Of a DNA stretch of 52,814 nucleotides, positions 1-9,705 are shown one piece after another. A program made the position numbers and the translations under genes. The notes under the pieces were generated by a model. It was not told where the DNA came from. It saw nothing but the letters and a program-made list of their open reading frames with translations, and did no database searches. Source of the stretch: a virus (lineage: Duplodnaviria > Caudoviricetes); IMG/VR virus record IMGVR_UViG_3300025151_000048, positions 1 to 52,814 of that record. The stretch is one strand, 5' to 3'. The number at the start of each line of letters is the position of its first letter. Within the stretch, counting starts at the first letter, position 1.

Positions 1-201
1 ATACAATCCTCCATCTTCGCCAGGTCTTACAAAATAATCTGGTGGATTTTCTTTTGGATTTTGCATATCACCCGCTACATAAATAGTACCATATTTAAAT
101 AGTTCATCGTAAATAGATTTAAAAAATCTACCTTTTTCTTTTTCTTGCCCACTTATATTAAATGTAATAAGTAAACAAAGTGTAAGTAAAATTTGTTTCA
201 T
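1..201 (-). CDS. Partial exported/outer-membrane protein with signal peptide (runs off left edge)
   Basis: Manual translation MKQILLTLCLLITFNISG|QEKEKGRFF...; basic N-terminus, hydrophobic core, Gln right after the predicted SPase I site (typical of Bacteroidota); not in ORF track because truncated. Confidence 0.7.
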   Translation of the reverse strand, partial: MKQILLTLCLLITFNISGQEKEKGRFFKSIYDELFKYGTIYVAGDMQNPKENPPDYFVRPGEDGGLY

Positions 202-215
202 TTTTGTTTTTGTTG

Positions 216-3200
216 TTAATCGAATAAAAATGCAGTGGCAATACTGTCTTTTATTCTTTGGTTTTCTTCCCTTGTTGCTTTTGCTTTTCGGGCTTTTTCT
301 TTATTTTTTCTATCTTGCTCAGCGTCATATTCAAGCCTTTCTTCAAAGGTCATATTTGCTATTCTTTGTTCTTCTTTTCTTTTGTTTTCTTTTCTAGTCT
401 TTTTAGCTTTTTCAATACCTTCTTTTTTTCTTCTTTCCTTTGCTTCAACTTTTATTAAATCGTGTTCTTCGTTTTTAGCTCCAACTCCCCATGTTCTCCA
501 GCCTAATGCTAAAGCTATTCTTTGCCAAGCAGTATTTCTTTGGTCAAGCGCCTCTGCCACCCCATTAACTTCTATTAAGGCCCTATCTAATGGTAAATTA
601 AACAATGCCGATGCTAATTGTCCTACAACATTGTAGCTAGGGCTTATATTTAATCTACCATCCATTGTAACTTCCCACCCTCTTTTTGCTATAATATCTG
701 CATCAATTCTTGATGTTTGAATAGCGCCATATATTTTTCTAGCCTTACTGCCAATTGGAGGAGATATATTTATTGCTTCAATTATAGTATAAGCATGATC
801 AGCTAAAAATCCTTTTTGCTCTTGCTCATAGTATTCTCTAATTGTATTTTTAACAGTAGATAAAACAGCACCTTTTAATCCAGATCCTCTTAATAAAGTA
901 TCTATCATGCTATTAATTATGGTTTCCTGCTTTTTAGCTTGTCTAGCTAATTCTTTTTCTTCAGTTTCTTCTTCATCACCAAATCCTGGTACTAATGCAA
1001 ATAATGCATTTTGTAATGAAGCAAATATAAAGTTTTGTATCATACCATAATAAACTATCTTAGATATATTGGTTTTTGCATCCCCGCGTCCATTTATAAG
1101 GTCCTGACCAGCTTTTTTAATTAATCTTGAATATTGCATTGGAGTATTCTGGAAAGCCAATATAAGACGCCCTAATACGCTCGCTTGTTCTTGAGAAATT
1201 AACGATGGATCTGCAGATTGCTGATTCATATCAGATATTTTGCTAAAATCTGCCCAGGCTTGTGCTTCTGCTTCAGCTTGAGACATTCCTTGCTTTAAAT
1301 AAGTATTAATTCTATTTCTATAAAAAGTTGCACCACCACTAGAAATTGCAAAGTTATCTGCAAGTTGTGTTGGTGTAAAACCAATTTTTAATAAATAAGA
1401 TATAACACCTCTAACACCACCCCTTTTAGCAGCCTCTGCTAATTCAGCTTCCTGCACATCTCCTTTTAATCCACCTCTTCTTTGTTTTAATTTAGCTGAA
1501 TTCCATATAAATGCAAAGTCTGTCCAATATTGTTTTTGATTTGCAAATGCAATAGCAGATTTTAATGGATTATTATCTGACCAATTTATAAAGTTAAATG
1601 ATGATATAGTTTGTAATAACGCGGATCTTCTATTAAAGAACATTATAGTACCAATGGCATCATTAACCCAATTCATCCAACCATTAACTATTCTGTTTTG
1701 TCCAAATGTTCTATTTCTACCCGTTTTCATTCTATAAATAGAATCTTCTAAAGCCTCTCTATGTTTAGTACCATATAAAGCTTCAATCTTATTAAGGGTT
1801 TTTTCATCAAATATTAAATCAACATTTTCATTAAATTCAGATAAATACTCTTTTCTTAATACTTTATCAGCAAAGTCTCTATAATCTTGCATTATATTGC
1901 CAGAATCCCAAAATTCAGTAGGTTCAATATATTTGGTTCTTTTTGTAATAGATTGTACACCATCTGCAAAACCAGATAATTCAGAATCATTTTCTACAGT
2001 TTTATTTAATAAAGCAACATCTCTTTTTGATAATCCATATTTTGTCATATCATAACCAGACCTAGTAAATAATGTTACTCTAACTGCATTTTCATATGTA
2101 AAGTTTGTCCCTGGTATTTTTTTACCAAGCTTTCTTCTAAAAGGCTTACCCATTAAATTAGTTAATCTACTATAATCTTCTTTCATGGTTTGCCTAGCAG
2201 TTTCTAAAGCCGCTACACCTCTAGCATAAGGTGTCATAATATTATCTTCAATAAATTTTTGGTCTTTTTCACCTTGCTTGCCTTTACCAGCAAATGCATA
2301 TGCCGTTAGCCCTCTAAAATCTTCAGCAGAAGGCGGTATGTACCAATTTAAAAATGACCATTTATCTTTTTGCCTACCTTTAATTCTTGCTTGAATTTTT
2401 GAATACTGAGCTTCAGCTTTAATGCCTTTTTGCCTTTCAATCATTTGATTCATTTCTGCATTCAGCCCTTTGCTCCACGCAATCCTTGCTTGCTGTACTT
2501 TACTTTTTACGTCAAAATTATCTAATACATCTTTAACTGCTTTAACATTAGCAATAGCATCGTCAGCAAAATAAAAGTCATTATAACCTTCCGCAACTTT
2601 CCCAACTATCCAATCTGCTTTAGCTTGAGGGTCCCCATTTGCAAGCCCTGTAATATTTTCTAATTTTAAATCAATACCCATTCCTTTTAAAAATGCGTGT
2701 ATAGCAACCGCCGCCTCAGGATCCCTGGCTGTAAGTATAAACACATTTTCATTGCCAAACTTATCAACCGCTTTTTTAAGTTTATTAAACAATGGTCCAG
2801 GCTTGCCATCTACAACTTTATTAAATTCTGTATAATCAAACTCAGCCCCTTTGCTCATTAATTCATTATGTTTTTTAGCAAATTCAGTAGCATTAATTTT
2901 AAACTTAGTGCCATCAGGCATTGTAACACCAACTTTACTTTTACTAATAGCAACGGTGTCATCAAAATCTAAAACACTAATTCCTTTACGTTTTTTAGAA
3001 AAATCCCAAGTTCTACCTTTACTAAAAGCTATATCTGTACTTTCAAGATATTTAATTGTTTCACTAAGCTTTCTTTTATTAATTACTTTACCTGCTTCTT
3101 CATATGTCTTACCAATTTCTATTTTTTCCCCTTTAGGGTTAAGACTTACAATAGCTTTAATTCTTGGATCACCAAAAGTTAAAAAATTATAATATCTTTT

Positions 3201-6200
3201 CCACACTGGTTGTTCTAATGTGTAGTCTGCGGGCATAAATTGTGTTAGTCTTACTTCGTCTAAAACTTTATCCATTGTTTTAGGAATTAAAGACGTTTGA
3301 TATTTACTAAATAATTTATCAGCCAATGCATCTGCATCAGCATTTTTATTATTTACATAATAATCTATTAAGTTAACTATTACATAATTTGTAGGCATTA
3401 TATGCTCCCATCTATAATCAGAAGCTTTTAACCCTTTTTGTATCGAAGCATATTCTAAATTAGCGGCTCTTTTAATAGGTGATTGCATAGTTTGTTGCAT
3501 AGACATAATAGTCATACCCATGTCCATATTATCAAAAGATCTATCATTTTTAATAATCTTCATCATGTTTTTAACAAAGCCCTGCACTCTTTTTGCTTGC
3601 GCTTTTCTTTCATCAAAATCAAAATCATCCGAAAGTTCACCATTTTTATCAATTACAGAATTAGTTGCTTCTGGTAATAATGTATATTCACTAGGATCAA
3701 TTACTTTGCCATCAATTTTTAATTCAATTAATTGGCCTTTGCCGTCTAGCTTATATTCTATTTCACCCTCATATTCATTTACTATTGTATCAAAGAAATC
3801 CTTATTATTTTCAAATACTTGATAACCTTGTTTAGGTAATTTACCTTTAGGGGCATCAGGATATAATTTTTTCATTTCGGCATCAGTTCTTCTAACTATT
3901 TGCCCTTTTTCTATTTTAAAAGTTCTATTACCTATTCTACCTGATGTAGAAAACATTCCTTTACCTATAGAAAATAAATCTATAATAGCTTGTTTTTTGC
4001 CTTTCTCTGTTCTAAACCTTCTAACAAATCTACCAACTAATCCTCTTTGTTTTTTTATTCTATCAATATCGTCAAACCCTTCAGTTATAGGCTTATCTAA
4101 GTCTAATAGTCTTCTTACAGTCTCAGAGGTTTCAGCATTAACAAATTGGTCTTTAAGGAACTTTCCAAGTACTTTTTTATTAATAATAGGTAGTTTTTTA
4201 ACTACGGGTTTAGCTAAATTAAATAGTTTTGCATAATTATATAAATCGTTTGCAATAGCATTTATTTCTTTTTTCGTTAGAGCATCCCCATATACTTTTG
4301 TTAATTTACTTTTAAAGTATTCTTTCATTTCATTTCTAACCTCTTTCTCGCCTTCTTTATCTAACCCCTTAGGTATATCAACTTTCCCAACATCTAAAAC
4401 AGTTGTAAATTGAGTTAGCCTATCATAAAATATTTCTTTTTTAGCATCTGTTAAATTATTGACACCTTTACTCCAAGCTATATTTCTTGTGCCAAATTGC
4501 ATATCTAAATCATTAACAAATGCTTCGCCCTCATATCCCTCTTTTCTTAATACATCTGTTTGTAATTCAAAAGAAGCAGTTGAAGCCAGCCAATCAGCAT
4601 AAGATAGCACCCTAGCTCCATATACATTGGACGCTTCTCCTTCCGCCTTCATGTATTCTTTAAATTTTTTCCTAGCGTCTTCTTTGTCAATCTTTTTCCA
4701 TTTTCTATTTCTGGAATATATATTTTTAATTTTTTTACCTTGGCTTAACCCTTTATCTATAGCGTCATTATGTGCTCTAGCTTCAGCTACACTCATAAAC
4801 GCAGGTGAACCATCTGTATTTGTTGCTCTTTCTGTTAAAAATGGATATTTAGCATTTGCAGTTCCAATATCCATTCTATCCCACATTGCATCAAAAGTTG
4901 AATCTACAAAATTTTCAACATTGATTCTTTTTTGCTTATTTGATATTTTATCTTTCTTAGGATCTGTATTAAATTTATCACCTCTTTGCATTACATTTCT
5001 AAATAATAAAGAAACTTTTTGTTGATACTCTTTCGATAATTCTGTTCTAAACTCTGGAGTACCTATAGGATTTTTAAATTTACCAAGTTTTGTTTTAAAT
5101 GTTTTTAATATATTATTTTCAATTTCAGTTGTAATTTCAGTGGGAAGTGGGACTAACTTACCATCTGAATCTTTAAATTTTAAAGTATTAAGTAAATCTT
5201 TTTTCTTTTTTCTTTTCTTATTATCTTCCCCTCTTTTTTTATCATCATCAGTTGGGTCTGTATCAGTTATATTTTTTACTTGCGGAGCATTAGGATCTAA
5301 CCTTGCTGGTAATTGATTAAATGTTTGTTTAGCTAAAGTAAACACTCTAAAATATCCTCTATTTCTTACAAATTTATCTAAATCCTGTGTTTTTACAATA
5401 CCATCTTTACCAGGTTTTAAGTATTCTTGCTGAATCATAGTATATAATTCTGTAGCAACATCTCTTTCCCATTCGTCTTTAGTAACATTATTTCTATTCA
5501 TAGGATCAACACCGCTCCAAATATAATTAGCTTGTGATTTAATATAAGGCATCATTTCTTGCATCAATTCCGATTCCATCATATCCTCTACAAGATTCCC
5601 ATCAGAGTCTCTACTTAATTTTTCATTTAAAAAACTATTTAGTTTGTCTCTTTTTTCCTCTTCACTAATTCTACTATATCTTGAGCCGCTAGACCTATTT
5701 TCTTTTATAAATTTATTAAGCAAGCCTTCTAAATTAGTACCTTTTGACGCAGCTAAATCATATACACCCGCAGGGGCATCGGTGTCAATGTCTGAAATAA
5801 GAGTAGTAACCGCTGCACTTTGCTTAGCTTCTTTAATATCTTTCAATGTTAAATCACCTGCTTTAATTTTTTTACCAAGACCAACAACAAAATTATACAT
5901 GTCATTTTCACCTCTAAAATCAAAATTGTAATCAGCATCAAAATGCTTCTGTACCATTGTACCAAATAATAGGGATAATCCTTTATTTTTTTTCTCAGTT
6001 ACAAAATCAACATCTGAACGCCCAACATATTCTAAAAATACAGATATAACTTCTTTGGAGTCAAGTGATCCATCGCTATTATATATACGCCCATCTTTTA
6101 AAAATTCTTTATATAATTTTTTATCAACAGACTTTAAAGTAGTTAAAATTTGCTTTGATATATCTGCGAAAGCAACGTCATGGTCAGTACCAGAAAATAT

Positions 6201-9200
6201 ATCCCAAAATGCTTGATGACCAATTTCATGAGTTTTAATTTCAGACCTTTCATTAATAACTTGATTTTCAACTACAGCTATAGTAACTACATTTTTTATA
6301 GCGACTCCATCATTTTTACCAACTTTTAACCCCTTGATTAAATTATCTTTTAAATTTTTAACCGCATCTTCAATAGTCATAGTTTTACCATCCGGCATTT
6401 TATATTTACCATCTTCCATTAAAGTACCTTGCTCTTCTAATGTAGCTTTAGCAACTGCTGTTAAATCTAATTCATCATTAATATAATTTTCTGCATCTGC
6501 CACAGTATCAAATGATTGGAAATTATATCTATTTTTTACTCCTTTTTTAAGCTTAGCGTTATTTTCTTTAATTTTATCTGTCCAATATAAATCTGATGCT
6601 TCTCTTTCTAGTGCCGAACCTTTTGGGTCTTTACCATCAGCTATTAATTTTTGCTTAGCTTTGTCAATATATTGATTATAAAGCTTAGGATCTTTACCTG
6701 CTAATGCAATAAACTCAGTTCTAAATTGTTGCTTTGCTTTATCGCTTAATGCATTTGTTTTTATTGCATCAAGCTGGTTAAATTGATCTCTTAATAAATT
6801 AATTGCTCTGGCTTTATCTTCTTTAGACATTTCAGAATCAGGAATATTAAGAATTTCATTTGCAGTATTTTGCAATTCCATTTGTGCTTCAGTTATAGAA
6901 ACTATATTAGACGCAGCGCCAGCACCCATATGATTATTAATTAAATCAGTTTGCCTTTCCATTTCAGCATTATACTCTTGGTTTACTTGCTCTAATTCTT
7001 TTATATAAATAGCCCTTGTTCTATCTGAAGATCTACCGTCATTAATTTTTCTACTTAATTCTAATTTTTTATTAAATAATTCCCTTGTTTTCTTTAAAGA
7101 ATTTCTATCAGACATTCTAGACTGATACATTCCTTTTAAAAATGGAACTCCTGCAAATAATAATGTCATAGATGCACCAGAGAACCCTGCATGACCTATA
7201 TTATCTAAGAGGCCTATATTTTTACCCGACATTATTTCAACACCGTTTTGTAAACCCATAGTGGTTGTTTCACCTAATGTTTCTAAAAGTATTTCACTTC
7301 TTAGTGAGGGTAATTGAGAATTAATAAATGCGTTTTGGCCGCCTTCTAATAATTTATCTTGCCCATTGGCAACCCATCTTTGCTGAGCTCTTTTTAATAT
7401 AGGAACTGTTGTATAATGAGAAATTACACCTTCAATTCCACCATATCCAAGCGAGGTTAATAACATGTTAAGTTCAGAATAATCTGCCGTACCCTGCACC
7501 ATTTCTGATTGCATATCTGAATATTTACCACCCGCTGAAGAAGCCCCTATTGTGAGAGCCCCATATCCACCACTCATCATAATAGCAGCAAATATTGGTA
7601 ATTGTGTAGATGTTTCTTGAAGCATAAATCTACCAAATCTACTAGGGCTAGTAAAAGCACCATAATCTCCTGTAAATTCTACGTCTCTAGTATACTGTGC
7701 TCTTTCTCTTTGTGATAATTCATTATACCCTGTAAAAAAGCTTTGTACTCCTTCGCCTAATTTACCCTCAAAAGCTAAATGATCAACAGCCATTCCAGCC
7801 CAACCAAAAGGCGTTAAGTATTCTGTAATTTTATATCCAGTTTGCGCAATACCAAATGCAATATCACCAAACCCAAGCCCAATGTTACCCATATATTTTT
7901 CTCCTAATTGGTAATTCAAAGCAAAAGCTTGTCCTGCAATTTCATCATCAATAATTTCAGCGGCGGCATTATTTGCTTTTTCAGAGTATTCTTCTTGTAA
8001 TTTAAAGCGTGTTAACATATCTTGATATGCTAATGCATATATACCCGCAACATTAGAATTAATAATTTTACCATTTTCCAATACAACATCTTGACCTTCG
8101 CCAAAATCAGGTAAAAATAAACCTTTTTCAGTTGCAAATTGTGTAAACTTTTCTATTTGTTCTTCTGTAAATCTAATATTTTCTGCACCAAGAGGGTTTT
8201 GTATTTGTTCTTCAATTATACGTAAAATTTCTTTGTCTTGTTCAATATAACCAATATTAACATCTTGTTTAGTCATATTTTTATCATACTCTTTAAATTC
8301 ACGTAATTGAGAACTTACCTGACCAAGATAAAAGCGCCCTAATTCTTTGCCCCTATCACCCATTTCTGCAATATGTGTATCAACCCATTTAGCCTGATGT
8401 TCATTTATATGGTCAGTATATAAACGTTGTCTTACAATTTGTTGTGCAACTTTTTCAATAGTAATTTCTTCTTCTTCATCTAGTTTACCGCCATAATTAA
8501 CAAAAACACTTCTTAATTGATTTTCATCTAAATTTTCATTTTTAAGTTTTTCCGAAGTGCTATTTATTAAATCTGAATGAGGATATGTAGTAGTAGTCGT
8601 TCCTTCGTGTATAGTTGCTGTAGGTGAATGTTTTGAAGCAAATGTAACTGTTCGTGGGGATGTTGTGGTAACGGGTTTAAATAAATCTTCATTATTTAAA
8701 TATAATTTTTTGCCTTCCTCTCTAACAGGAGCCATTTCGCTTTCTTGTAAAGATTCATAATATGCGCTTGCTTCCAACCCTAAATGTTCCACTTGCCTCC
8801 ATACATCCCAAGAATCTATATTACCAGCTTCAATTTCTTTCTTTAAAAAATTATGTAATTTTTTATTATTTTCTTCTGCAAGTTTATTAGCCCCCTCTTC
8901 ATCTCTATAATCTAGCCAGTATTTACTTTCGCCATGTAACCCATCTAAATCAAATTCTAATACTATTTCTTCGCCAGATTTTTTACTTTTTATTTTAATT
9001 CTATCCCAGCCGACATCAGTTGCTTCTATTTTTAATCCTGGAATTTCACCTAAAATAGATTTAACCTTTGATAACCCATCATCTTCTTCACTGGTATATA
9101 ACTCGAATCCTTTGCCTTTAACTAGTTTAGTCTTACCCTCTTTATCCTGTTTTGTTGTAACACCTCTTGCTTGGTCAGTAAGAATTTCAGCAAGTTCATC

Positions 9201-9698
9201 AGCTGATTTATCAGTAAAGCCTTTAACTTCTTCATCTAGTTTAATTAATTGTCTAGATTTTATATCATAACCGTACTTACCAGTTTTAATTTTTTCAATA
9301 ATAAAAGCGTTATCCTTATCATCATGACTAAAACGTAATACCCCACCAGCTTTTTTAGCTAGTTCTATAAACAGTCCGCCTTCCCCAGTATAATTTTCCC
9401 AATCTGTTTTAGCAATATCACTAGGTAATTCTTCAAGTGTAATAACTCCGTCTCCATTATCTCTTTTTTTAACTATTTTATTAAAATATAGCTCATCTAC
9501 ATTTTGCCTACCATCTTGGTCTAACCCAATTGCTTCGGGAGCTTTTATAGTTAATCTTCTATCTAATATATTTGGTTCAGCAACCTCTGGAATATCTTCT
9601 ATTTCAGTATTTGCTACCTCCTCATTAAGGGGAATATTATCAAGCCACGAAAAATCTTGAACTTCTTCCGTAGTTTGCTTTAATAATGATCCTTTCAT
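216..9698 (-). CDS. Giant virion ejection/cargo protein (large polyvalent-type polyprotein): zincin metallopeptidase, sigma-region-2-like, EHxxP (HNH-like) and HAD phosphatase modules
   Basis: 3160 aa; third of three genes after the tail nozzle (T7 gp14-16/P22 gp7-20-16-like position); HEIGH at aa 1157; DFDDT..ILTAR..FADD HAD motifs from aa 2244; WEHIMP at aa 2097; Gly-rich hydrophobic segments around aa 600-860. Confidence 0.75.
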   Translation of the reverse strand: MKGSLLKQTTEEVQDFSWLDNIPLNEEVANTEIEDIPEVAEPNILDRRLTIKAPEAIGLDQDGRQNVDELYFNKIVKKRDNGDGVITLEELPSDIAKTDWENYTGEGGLFIELAKKAGGVLRFSHDDKDNAFIIEKIKTGKYGYDIKSRQLIKLDEEVKGFTDKSADELAEILTDQARGVTTKQDKEGKTKLVKGKGFELYTSEEDDGLSKVKSILGEIPGLKIEATDVGWDRIKIKSKKSGEEIVLEFDLDGLHGESKYWLDYRDEEGANKLAEENNKKLHNFLKKEIEAGNIDSWDVWRQVEHLGLEASAYYESLQESEMAPVREEGKKLYLNNEDLFKPVTTTSPRTVTFASKHSPTATIHEGTTTTTYPHSDLINSTSEKLKNENLDENQLRSVFVNYGGKLDEEEEITIEKVAQQIVRQRLYTDHINEHQAKWVDTHIAEMGDRGKELGRFYLGQVSSQLREFKEYDKNMTKQDVNIGYIEQDKEILRIIEEQIQNPLGAENIRFTEEQIEKFTQFATEKGLFLPDFGEGQDVVLENGKIINSNVAGIYALAYQDMLTRFKLQEEYSEKANNAAAEIIDDEIAGQAFALNYQLGEKYMGNIGLGFGDIAFGIAQTGYKITEYLTPFGWAGMAVDHLAFEGKLGEGVQSFFTGYNELSQRERAQYTRDVEFTGDYGAFTSPSRFGRFMLQETSTQLPIFAAIMMSGGYGALTIGASSAGGKYSDMQSEMVQGTADYSELNMLLTSLGYGGIEGVISHYTTVPILKRAQQRWVANGQDKLLEGGQNAFINSQLPSLRSEILLETLGETTTMGLQNGVEIMSGKNIGLLDNIGHAGFSGASMTLLFAGVPFLKGMYQSRMSDRNSLKKTRELFNKKLELSRKINDGRSSDRTRAIYIKELEQVNQEYNAEMERQTDLINNHMGAGAASNIVSITEAQMELQNTANEILNIPDSEMSKEDKARAINLLRDQFNQLDAIKTNALSDKAKQQFRTEFIALAGKDPKLYNQYIDKAKQKLIADGKDPKGSALEREASDLYWTDKIKENNAKLKKGVKNRYNFQSFDTVADAENYINDELDLTAVAKATLEEQGTLMEDGKYKMPDGKTMTIEDAVKNLKDNLIKGLKVGKNDGVAIKNVVTIAVVENQVINERSEIKTHEIGHQAFWDIFSGTDHDVAFADISKQILTTLKSVDKKLYKEFLKDGRIYNSDGSLDSKEVISVFLEYVGRSDVDFVTEKKNKGLSLLFGTMVQKHFDADYNFDFRGENDMYNFVVGLGKKIKAGDLTLKDIKEAKQSAAVTTLISDIDTDAPAGVYDLAASKGTNLEGLLNKFIKENRSSGSRYSRISEEEKRDKLNSFLNEKLSRDSDGNLVEDMMESELMQEMMPYIKSQANYIWSGVDPMNRNNVTKDEWERDVATELYTMIQQEYLKPGKDGIVKTQDLDKFVRNRGYFRVFTLAKQTFNQLPARLDPNAPQVKNITDTDPTDDDKKRGEDNKKRKKKKDLLNTLKFKDSDGKLVPLPTEITTEIENNILKTFKTKLGKFKNPIGTPEFRTELSKEYQQKVSLLFRNVMQRGDKFNTDPKKDKISNKQKRINVENFVDSTFDAMWDRMDIGTANAKYPFLTERATNTDGSPAFMSVAEARAHNDAIDKGLSQGKKIKNIYSRNRKWKKIDKEDARKKFKEYMKAEGEASNVYGARVLSYADWLASTASFELQTDVLRKEGYEGEAFVNDLDMQFGTRNIAWSKGVNNLTDAKKEIFYDRLTQFTTVLDVGKVDIPKGLDKEGEKEVRNEMKEYFKSKLTKVYGDALTKKEINAIANDLYNYAKLFNLAKPVVKKLPIINKKVLGKFLKDQFVNAETSETVRRLLDLDKPITEGFDDIDRIKKQRGLVGRFVRRFRTEKGKKQAIIDLFSIGKGMFSTSGRIGNRTFKIEKGQIVRRTDAEMKKLYPDAPKGKLPKQGYQVFENNKDFFDTIVNEYEGEIEYKLDGKGQLIELKIDGKVIDPSEYTLLPEATNSVIDKNGELSDDFDFDERKAQAKRVQGFVKNMMKIIKNDRSFDNMDMGMTIMSMQQTMQSPIKRAANLEYASIQKGLKASDYRWEHIMPTNYVIVNLIDYYVNNKNADADALADKLFSKYQTSLIPKTMDKVLDEVRLTQFMPADYTLEQPVWKRYYNFLTFGDPRIKAIVSLNPKGEKIEIGKTYEEAGKVINKRKLSETIKYLESTDIAFSKGRTWDFSKKRKGISVLDFDDTVAISKSKVGVTMPDGTKFKINATEFAKKHNELMSKGAEFDYTEFNKVVDGKPGPLFNKLKKAVDKFGNENVFILTARDPEAAVAIHAFLKGMGIDLKLENITGLANGDPQAKADWIVGKVAEGYNDFYFADDAIANVKAVKDVLDNFDVKSKVQQARIAWSKGLNAEMNQMIERQKGIKAEAQYSKIQARIKGRQKDKWSFLNWYIPPSAEDFRGLTAYAFAGKGKQGEKDQKFIEDNIMTPYARGVAALETARQTMKEDYSRLTNLMGKPFRRKLGKKIPGTNFTYENAVRVTLFTRSGYDMTKYGLSKRDVALLNKTVENDSELSGFADGVQSITKRTKYIEPTEFWDSGNIMQDYRDFADKVLRKEYLSEFNENVDLIFDEKTLNKIEALYGTKHREALEDSIYRMKTGRNRTFGQNRIVNGWMNWVNDAIGTIMFFNRRSALLQTISSFNFINWSDNNPLKSAIAFANQKQYWTDFAFIWNSAKLKQRRGGLKGDVQEAELAEAAKRGGVRGVISYLLKIGFTPTQLADNFAISSGGATFYRNRINTYLKQGMSQAEAEAQAWADFSKISDMNQQSADPSLISQEQASVLGRLILAFQNTPMQYSRLIKKAGQDLINGRGDAKTNISKIVYYGMIQNFIFASLQNALFALVPGFGDEEETEEKELARQAKKQETIINSMIDTLLRGSGLKGAVLSTVKNTIREYYEQEQKGFLADHAYTIIEAINISPPIGSKARKIYGAIQTSRIDADIIAKRGWEVTMDGRLNISPSYNVVGQLASALFNLPLDRALIEVNGVAEALDQRNTAWQRIALALGWRTWGVGAKNEEHDLIKVEAKERRKKEGIEKAKKTRKENKRKEEQRIANMTFEERLEYDAEQDRKNKEKARKAKATREENQRIKDSIATAFLFD

Positions 9699-9705
9699 AT
9701 TTTTT

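Noticed and set aside
3612-3626. DFDFD in the giant protein as a crAss-type virion RNA polymerase catalytic DxDxD motif
   Set aside because: Context LSDDFDFDERK lacks the usual preceding Gly/Ala-Asp pattern, lies in an acidic helical stretch, and the SKG-bounded module (~480 aa) seems too small for a two-barrel polymerase; would need HHpred to revive
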